Part shown: positions 1 to 7,693 of the stretch, piece by piece
Position numbering within the stretch: position 1 is the stretch's first letter
Layout: the number at the start of each line of letters is the position of its first letter
Assembly: GCA_000388065.2 (NCBI GenBank)
Contig: KB932204.1
Length of the DNA: 18,532 nucleotides
Source: Fonticula alba ATCC 38817
Taxonomy: Eukaryota > Protista > Nucleariida
Direction: 5' to 3' (one strand)
Made by a program: the position numbers and the translations under genes
Notes under the pieces: generated by a model
Told to the model about the DNA's origin: nothing
What the model saw: only the letters and a program-made list of their open reading frames with translations
Databases searched by the model: none

Positions 1-54
1 AGTGCGGTCCCAGGCGGGGGGCTTCGCCGCCCCCTCCTAGCCGCGCGCGCGCCG

Positions 55-199
55 CTTCGCCCCCGGTCTGCCCCCCCCCCCCCCCCACCCCCCCCCCCCC
101 CGCACACCCCCCCCGCCGGCACTCCCCGCCACCCCCCCCCCCCGGGCACTCCCCCACGCCCCGCCCCGCCGGCGGCCCCACCCCCCCTTCGCCCCCGGT

Positions 200-232
<33 letters not shown>
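55..232. repeat. C-rich direct repeats
   Basis: CTTCGCCCCCGGTCTG followed by a poly-C run at 55-70 and 187-202; GGCACTCCCC at 118-127 and 145-154. Confidence 0.75.
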
Positions 233-233
<1 letters not shown>

Positions 234-1170
234 TCGTCGCCCGCTGCCCGTGCCGGGCCCGGCCGGGAGGGCCCCGGCAGTCCCTCGGGCCTCCATCAAG
301 CAAGCCACACAGACATTTCTGGCAAAGGACCGGGCCTGGTTCGCTACGCCCGCGCCAATGGCCGAGCCGGTCACACAAGCACACCCGCACGCGAACGTGC
401 GGCACGGACAGATCTCACCGCTTGAAGCCCCCAAAAGGCAGGGGCGGGCGGATCAGACCGGGGCCGATGCCTGTGGTCGCCCGGAGGGAGCGGCCCGGAG
501 AGGCAGCGACCCGGTCTTTGACAGGGGGCAGTGTCTCGATCTTTCGCGCTCTCTCTCACGCGCGGGCGCCTTCGCCCCCTTGTCCTGGAGGGGGGGGGGG
601 ACCCTTCACCTGCGCTCCGGTGGAGGAAAGAAGGGAAGGCACAAAAAAGGGCGGACTTTCTGCCGGGGTGCAGGGCTCGGAGGCTGGCACGGCTCTCGGC
701 GGGCGCGGGCCGGATTCCCGAAGTCAACAGGGCGGCGGCGCATTCCGGGGCGGGGTTTCGCGGGAGGCGTCCGCGTCGCCACGAGATCACTCCATCACAT
801 GTCACCACAGTTAAGACCCGAGCTCCAGATCGGACGGCAGTCCGCCCGCGGGGGGCGCGCGAGGCCGGGGATCCGAGGCAAATTTCCTTTCGGCGTCCGA
901 CCAGGGTACTACCACGGTAGCCAACATGCCCCGGGCGTCAGCCCCCGGGCGGCGAACAGGAACCCCCCCCCCCGGGTACGGTGCGGCCCACAGGTGCTCC
1001 GCCTCGACTCGCCCCCGCCCCTCGCCCGCTGGTCACAGAGGCGAGGCATTGGGCCCGTTGGCTCCCGCCCCCCCCCCCCCCCCCCCCCCGCCGCGGCCCC
1101 GCCCCCGGTGGGGGGGGGCCCCCGGCCCCTGCGGCCCCCGGGCCCCGGGGGGGCGGGGGCGGGGGGGCGC

Positions 1171-1306
1171 GGAGCCGGGCGGCCGGGAGCCGGGCGGCGG
1201 GTCAGNNNNNNNNNNGCGGCTGCCGTGCACTGGCAGCCGCAGGCCCCGGTAGGCCGGGAGCCGGGCGGCCGGGAGCCGGGCGGCCGGGAGCCGGGCGGCG
1301 GGTCAG
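1171..1306. repeat. 15-bp tandem repeat GGCCGGGAGCCGGGC, partly duplicated across the 11-N gap
   Basis: Three copies at 1252-1296. The block AGCCGGGCGGCCGGGAGCCGGGCGGCGGGTCAG occurs at 1173-1205 and again ending near 1305. Confidence 0.75.
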
Positions 1307-1516
1307 GCCGCTGCACGGACCGGCCCGGGGTGGGGGGGGGGGCCGGGCTCCAAGGGGGGATGGTGTGCCGGCGCATCCCGCCGCTCGGTGGGTCGGGACG
1401 TGTGTGTGTTGAGCGGGGGGAGGGATGCGCGCCGGCTGGAGGTCCGGCACGGGCCAAAATCCCCCGTCGCCCGGGAGTTGGTAGGAATATTTGGAGGCGA
1501 CGTGCGGGCGCGTGTA

Positions 1517-1562
1517 TGTGTGTGTGTGTGTGTGGGCGGGGCGGGGCGGGGCGGGGCGGGGG
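1517..1562. repeat. (TG)n followed by (GGGGC)n; G-quadruplex-capable
   Basis: TG repeat at about 1517-1533, then GGGC plus about five GGGGC/GGGGG units to 1562. Confidence 0.75.
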
Positions 1563-2403
1563 CTGGTCCCCCCTCCCCACCGTCCCCCCTGCCTTGGGGG
1601 CGGCCGCCCCCAGTCTCATGCCGCCCCCGGGCGCCTGCTCGCGGCGCGGTCCAGCTGGGCTCCCTCCTGCCCGGGCGGAGGGCGTCGGCGATCGAGCAAC
1701 CCGCCAACCGGCGGGGGCAGGTGCGAGGGTCGGACGCGTGAGCGGACCGGCGGCACACTTCAGGCTGGACGGGCGAGGGGCGGGGGGGGTGCTCCACAGT
1801 GGCCCTTACAGGGCCGGGCCACATCGGGCAGCCCGGGGCTTTTCCTGGAGCCGGGGAAACAATAACAACGAGCGGGTGTGCGGGTGTGCGGGCGGGCGGG
1901 CGGGCAGGGATGCGGGGAGAGGCCGGACGGGGCCGGGGGTGCGGCGCACCGGATGTTGACCCGGGGGGGGCGGGGGGAGAGGCAGGTGGGCTGAGGCTGG
2001 GCACATTGCACCGTGCGCAGCGCACCGGTGTTGGCGGCCCCCCTCGCGCCGCCCCGCGCCGCCCCGCCCCGCCCCGCCCCCGGGGGGATGGTCGCGGACG
2101 GCGTCCCTGCCCGGCCGGCCCCCGCGGCGGGAGGCCCTTCTTCCGGGACCCGCGTCGCCGGACCCGGGGGCGGCGGATAAATCACCCCACCGTCATCGCC
2201 TCCAGGCGTCGGGCGCGGGGGCACGGCACGCCCGGCCGGGGCCGGTCCCGGAGGCCGCGGAATGCGCCGTGCCAGTGTGCACGGACAGAGAGAAGGCCGG
2301 GGGGGGGGGAGGGGGGGTGGGCACAGCCCAGGGGCACCGGGGATCTTGCGGCCGCCGGGGGCGCTTCTCAGGCAGGACGCCCAGCCCGTGTGGGGCCCGC
2401 TGG

Positions 2404-2451
2404 ACACGCGCATGCGTGCATGCACGCATGCATGCACACATGCATGCACGC
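2404..2451. repeat. 48-bp alternating purine-pyrimidine (ATGC-type) tract with a 22-bp perfect palindrome
   Basis: GCATGCGTGCA|TGCACGCATGC at 2410-2431 is self-complementary; R/Y alternation is unbroken from 2404 to 2451. Confidence 0.85.
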
Positions 2452-3581
2452 CCCCGCCACTCCCCGGAACGAGACGCCCCCGCTCCGTTGCTCTTCGCGG
2501 CGGGCCGGGCGACCCACGGAGATCTCCCCGGCAGCTGGCGACTGTGCTTGGCTGGCCTATCTCTCAAACTCCCCCCTCGCCTTGTGCTTGGCGCCCGGCC
2601 CCCCCCCCCCCCCCCCCCCCTTGTGCCCGTCTGTTGCTCCTCTGACACATGGGGTCCATGTGGGACTGGCGCCATGCAGCTTGCACGGCAGGCACTTTTG
2701 GGCGGGCGTTCCCAGGAGANNNNNNNNNNNNNNNNNNNNNNNNNNNNNNNNNNNNNNNNNNNNNNNNNNNNNNNNNNNNNNNNNNNNNNNNNNNNNNNNN
2801 NNNNNNNNNNNNNNNNNNNNNNNNNNNNNNNNNNNNNNNNNNNNNNNNNNNNNNNNNNNNNNNNNNNNNNNNNNNNNNNNNNNNNNNNNNNNNNNNNNNN
2901 NNNNNNNNNNNNNNNNNNNNNNNNNNNNNNNNNNNNNNNNNNNNNNNNNNNNNNNNNNNNNNNNNNNNNNNNNNNNNNNNNNNNNNNNNNNNNNNNNNNN
3001 NNNNNNNNNNNNNNNNNNNNNNNNNNNNNNNNNNNNNNNNNNNNNNNNNNNNNNNNNNNNNNNNNNNNNNNNNNNNNNNNNNNNNNNNNNNNNNNNNNNN
3101 NNNNNNNNNNNNNNNNNNNNNNNNNNNNNNNNNNNNNNNNNNNNNNNNNNNNNNNNNNNNNNNNNNNNNNNNNNNNNNNNNNNNNNNNNNNNNNNNNNNN
3201 NNNNNNNNNNNNNNNNNNNNNNNNNNNNNNNNNNNNNNNNNNNNNNNNNNNNNNNNNNNNNNNNNNNNNNNNNNNNNNNNNNNNNNNNNNNNNNNNNNNN
3301 NNNNNNNNNNNNNNNNNNNNNNNNNNNNNNNNNNNNNNNNNNNNNNNNNNNNNNNNNNNNNNNNNNNNNNNNNNNNNNNNNNNNNNNNNNNNNNNNNNNN
3401 NNNNNNNNNNNNNNNNNNNNNNNNNNNNNNNNNNNNNNNNNNNNNNNNNNNNNNNNNNNNNNNNNNNNNNNNNNNNNNNNNNNNNNNNNNNNNNNNNNNN
3501 NNNNNNNNNNNNNNNNNNNNNNNNNNNNNNNNNNNNNNNNNCCGCCCTCGCCCTTCCCCGCCCACACCCGCGCCCGCCAAG

Positions 3582-5238
3582 ATGGCCTGCTCAGTGCTGG
3601 AGGATGCCGCCGAGCGGCATGCCTGCTTCGCCATGAGTTTCATCACCGCCGGCCTGTACCTGGCCCTCTTCGGGACCAGCGCGCGGCTGCTCTTTCTCCG
3701 ATTCCGCCTGGACGCCAGCCACAAGTGGCAGATTTTCTTCCACTCCTTCATCATGGTCGGCTGTTTGAGTGCGTGTGCCATCCCTCGCCCTTGTGCCTGT
3801 TTCTCCGTCGTGTGGTGGCCCTGCTCCCCGTGCTGACCCGGTCGCCCCCCCCACCTCCCCCCCCCGCCTCCCAGTCCGTATCTGCTACATGTGCTACCAG
3901 CCCTTCAGTGACTCCATCAACGACCTGTCCTATGTCATCCTCAACTCCCTTCCCTCGTTCATCTTTTTCTCGGCCTACTTCGTGTTCCTGTTTTTCTGGT
4001 GCGCGCCGCCATGGCCCCCTCCTTTCCTTGTGTATCCGGCCTTTGTTGGTGTTATCGCCGCTCTCTGTTGCTGACTTTCTCCCTCTTTTTCCTCTTTTCC
4101 CTCTCTCTCCACCTTTCCTCTTTTCCCTCTCTCTCCATCTCTCCTCTTTTCCCTCTCTCCCCACCCCTCCTCTCCCCATCTCTCTCCACCCCTCCTCTCC
4201 CCATCTCTCTCCACCCCTCCTCTCCCCATCTCTCTCCACCCCTCCTCCCCATCTCCCCCTACACACAGGGCCGAGCTTTACCACTACAGCTCTGGGCGCA
4301 TTCGCGTCTTCAAGAAGCACTATATCACGGCCAACGTCACCATGTACACCCTGCTGACGCTGCTGTACATCGCCCGTGTGATCACCTTCACGCTGGGGTA
4401 CCAGAATGGCATCGATGACGCGATGGCCGGCGTGGCCGGGCTCCTGCCGGCCGGGCTGAACGCGCGCCTGAGCCACCTGCTGCCGGCCGGCCGGGACCAC
4501 ACCATGGCCATGGCCGATGGGGGGATCCACGCCGCCGCCTCGTCGCCCTCGTCGTCGTCGGCGACCCCGGCCGAGCCGTCCGGCTCCGGGAGCGCCAACG
4601 ACCCCACCTTCAAGGAGCCCGTGGAGATGACCATTCACCTGTACACGGCGCTGGTGTACTTCATCCTGGCCGTGGGGTACTTCTTCTACGGGACCCAGCT
4701 GTATCTGCGGTATGGGCGCTTCCCGACCATCACGGTCCAGCGCCGGGACCAGCAGCGGGACCTGCTCCGGCGTCTGGGCTTCGTCACGCTGCTGTGTACC
4801 TTCTTCTTCACCGGGCGCGCGGCCATCATCGTCGCGTGGACCTTCCTCGACTGGACCCAGGCGTGGTACTTTGACTCCATCTACTTCATCATCCTGGAGA
4901 TCATCCCGGTCTTCTGCCTGTTCTACATCTTCGACCACACTGGCAGCCCGAGCCAGCAGCAGCAGCAGCAGCAGCAGCAGCCGCCGGCGGCCGCGGCCAA
5001 TCCCGCCATCGCCGGGGCCAACCCCCAGGCCGCGGCCAACTACTACAGCCCCACTCCGGGCTACAACATCCCCTATTCGTCGCACGTGTACAAGGCCCAT
5101 CCCAATCAGCCGCATCACCAGCAGGCCACCCACCAGCAGACCGGCAACATCCAGACCACCGACTACAGTGAGACTACATCGCTGCTGGGCAACACCGGGT
5201 CCACCCCCCTGGCCGGGAACTCGTACTACTACCGCTGA
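3582..5238 (+). CDS. 7-TM membrane protein, THH1/TOM1/TOM3 (DUF1084)/GPR137-like family; exons 3582-3768, 3875-3998, 4269-5238 (426 aa)
   Basis: ATG in GCCAAGATGG context. Introns 3769-3874 (GTGCGT..CTGAC..CAG, phase 1) and 3999-4268 (GTGCGC..CTGAC..CAG, phase 2) join three frames into one ORF ending at TGA 5236-5238. Seven hydrophobic segments are present. Motifs LPSFIFFSAYFVFLFFWAELYH, GYFFYGTQLYLRYGRFP, VTLLCTFFFTGRA and YFIILEIIP match the plant TOM1/THH1 pattern as I recall it (LFWAEIYH; GFLLYGGRL..RFP; EILP). No search was run. The gap ending at 3541 could hide an upstream exon. Confidence 0.85.
4161..4256 (+). repeat. 25-bp minisatellite CCACCCCTCCTCTCCCCATCTCTCT in intron 2 of the 7-TM gene
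   Basis: Three perfect copies (4161-4185, 4186-4210, 4211-4235) and one degenerate copy. Confidence 0.9.
4954..4980 (+). repeat. Coding (CAG)9, poly-Gln in the 7-TM C-terminal tail
   Basis: Nine consecutive in-frame CAG codons. Confidence 0.95.
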
Positions 5239-6449
5239 GGGCGCCATGTGGGGAGCCCCCCCCCCCCCCCCCCCCCCCCCNNNNNNNNNNNNNNNNNNNN
5301 NNNNNNNNNNNNNNNNNNNNNNNNNNNNNNNNNNNNNNNNNNNNNNNNNNNNNNNNNNNNNNNNNNNNNNNNNNNNNNNNNNNNNNNNNNNNNNNNNNNN
5401 NNNNNNNNNNNNNNNNNNNNNNNNNNNNNNNNNNNNNNNNNGCCGCCCCTCCTCCTGCCCCCCCCCCCCTGTTCCTTGGTCCTTTGCTGCCTGAGCCCTG
5501 CGGGCCCGGGAGTCCGAGGGCTCAAGGGGCGCAGGGTGAGGACCTTGTCCGTGCGCGCGCGTGTGTGCTCCGGCGTGCCAAGTGGCCTGAGCGTGCCCGG
5601 CCCTCGGCCCGTCCCCCCTGTGCGCCTCTTCTCACCCCCCTGCGTCGGGGGGCCGTGCGGCAGTGATCGCTTCTCCTCTCTCCGTCTCGCTTCCCCCCTC
5701 CTCCCCCCCTCCCCCCCCTCTCTCTCTCCCCTGTGTCCCCCCGAGTGCCCCTTCACAAGTCCGCTGCGTGCGTGTGTACGCGCGCACGCGCATCCCTTCC
5801 TCTGGTCCCCCTTCTCTTGGCGGCGGGCAGCCCCCGTCCTTGCGCTATTCCCCTGGCCCGGGGAGGCAAGGGGGGATGGGTCCTCCCTAGTTCCCTTCCT
5901 TTTGCCTCTGTCGTGACCGCTTCTTTGCCCTCCCCCTCCTCCTTCGTCCACCATTGGCCGCGGCGAGCCCCTTCAGACTCTCTCTCTCTCCCCCTCTCCC
6001 CCTCTCCCTCTCTCCCTCTCTCCCNNNNNNNNNNNNNNNNNNNNNNNNNNNNNNNNNNNNNNNNNNNNNNNNNNNNNNNNNNNNNNNNNNNNNNNNNNNN
6101 NNNNNNNNNNNNNNNNNNNNNNNNNNNNNNNNNNNNNNNNNNNNNNNNNNNNNNNNNNNNNNNNNNNNNNNNNNNNNNNNNNNNNNNNNNNNNNNNNNNN
6201 NNNNNNNNNNNNNNNNNNNNNNNNNNNNNNNNNNNNNNNNNNNNNNNNNNNNNNNNNNNNNNNNNNNNNNNNNNNNNNNNNNNNNNNNNNNNNNNNNNNN
6301 NNNNNNNNNNNNNNNNNNNNNNNNNNNNNNNNNNNNNNNNNNNNNNNNNNNNNNNNNNNNNNNNNNNNNNNNNNNNNNNNCCCCCCCCCCCCCCCCCCCC
6401 AGCACACCCGACACGGGTGGCACAGTGGGCAGAAAGGGGTCTGGGCGGC

Positions 6450-6455
6450 AAAAAA
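6450..6455 (-). terminator. RNA polymerase III terminator (T6) of tRNA-Leu
   Basis: Six A on + (T6 on -) begin 10 nt past the tRNA 3' end. Confidence 0.8.
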
Positions 6456-6464
6456 GTAAATGTT

Positions 6465-6543
6465 TGATTGGAGTGGGACTCGAACCCACGCGGTTTCCCA
6501 CCAGTGCCTTAAACTGGCGCCTTAACCACTCGGCCATCCAACC
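6465..6543 (-). tRNA. trnL: tRNA-Leu(AAG), intronless, 79 nt, class II
   Basis: The reverse complement folds as a cloverleaf: acceptor GGTTGGA/TCCAATC plus discriminator A; D arm GCCGAGTGGTTAAGGC; anticodon stem CCAGT/ACTGG with loop TT-AAG-GC (anticodon 6510-6508); variable arm TGGGAAACCGC; T arm GTGGG-TTCGAGT-CCCAC. CCA is not encoded, as in eukaryotes. Confidence 0.97.
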
Positions 6544-6963
6544 GGATATACTTCACCTGTCAGCGGCGCAGCCTTTTGTCGCCGCGGTGTCTCTCCCGGA
6601 GCCGGGCCGTCCCGGTTCCAACGCCTCCGCCTGCCCCCTCCCCCCCGGGCGGCGGGAGGAGAACACACCGAGCACCCTGATGCGCGCCGGGGTCCAGCCA
6701 CATGGGCCCCTCTTGCCGTTGCCCGCCGCGCCAAGCCCTCCCTGTCCCCATGCCCGGGGGAGGCGACACGAGAGGGGCAGGGACCGCATGCTGGGCCCAG
6801 CCGCTGCACACCAGACGGACGCCCCCTTCTCCGCCGCCGGAACCCACGGAATAGAAGGCAGGAGGGGCGTCGGCCACCTCTTGGCGGCGAAGGAATGTCG
6901 CCAGCACCTCCGGCCAATATCGGGGAGGCCCTTCCCCTCATGCGCGGATGTGGTCACCGGGGC

Positions 6964-7040
6964 GGAAAAAAAAAAGGTGCGTGCGCACATATGTGTCCGA
7001 CACAGAAAGGGATATTATTGTTGAAAAAAATATACATACA
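6964..7040 (-). promoter_or_regulatory. A/T-rich island, likely 3'-end/polyadenylation region of the cullin mRNA
   Basis: An abrupt AT-rich patch (on -: TGTATGTATATTTTTTTCAACAATAATAT ... T11) lies about 230-300 nt downstream of the cullin stop, in otherwise GC-rich DNA. The function is inferred. Confidence 0.4.
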
Positions 7041-7268
7041 TCGGCGAGCCGGCACCGCGCAGGGCCAGAGAGGTGGGAGAGGGGGCGGGGCGGAAGGCGA
7101 GCGCACAGCCAAGCCGGATCCCCGCCCTCCCCCCCTCCCCCCCCCCCTCCCACACAGAGGGCCTCCCCTGGCCACCCTCCCCCCTCTCCTCTTGGCTGCC
7201 GCCGTCTCGCCGGCACGAGCACACACACAGACGCGCGCATGTGTGCGCGCGCGGGGGTGCCCGGCCCT

Positions 7269-7655
7269 CTACACAAGATAGCTGAAAATGTCCTCCCCCC
7301 CGACGTCGGCGTCCACGTCGTCCGGGTCGCCGGTCCGGTCGCCGGCAATCGGGGTGGCCTTGGCGATGAACTCCTTCTGGATGAGGACGTCCAGTGACGA
7401 GTTGAAGAGGGATGGGTCCACGCGGAAGCGCGTCTCCAGCTGGGCATCCACCAGCCCCTTGAGCCCGGACCAGGAGAGGGTATCCGAGTGCTTGAGCACG
7501 CGCACGATGGCCAGCTCCACCAGCTGGGCCCGATCGCGCTGTGTCGACGCGTCGACCGCCGATGCCTCGGTGTCGGCCATGTCGCTGGAGGCGGCTGCCG
7601 CGGAGGCGCCGATGCTCTTTGGGGAGGAGAAGCTCAGCTGGCCCCGGGGGCGGTT

Positions 7656-7693
<38 letters not shown>

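Noticed and set aside
1217-1241. 9-bp inverted repeat GCGGCTGCC-N7-GGCAGCCGC and the duplicated block around the 11-N gap
   Set aside because: Abuts an assembly gap with duplicated flanks, so it is likely an overlap artefact; such hairpins are also common at this GC content.
250-2718. Long ORFs (569 aa at 250-1959 and others) upstream of the 7-TM gene
   Set aside because: R/G/P/A-rich translations typical of stop-poor GC DNA; they run through homopolymers, microsatellites and Ns and show no recognisable domain.
3751-5247. 498-aa antisense ORF over the 7-TM gene; similar antisense ORFs over the cullin (8882-9988, 9888-11021)
   Set aside because: Expected shadows of GC3-rich coding sequence.
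6490-6500. Short variable arm with a GAAA tetraloop in the tRNA-Leu
   Set aside because: Still a valid class II arm; to my knowledge within the normal range for microbial eukaryote tRNA-Leu.
1799-6537. ORFs spanning N runs (e.g. 852 aa at 1799-4357); similar ones at 11058-13873 and 13769-15681
   Set aside because: They stay open only because N codons are not stops.
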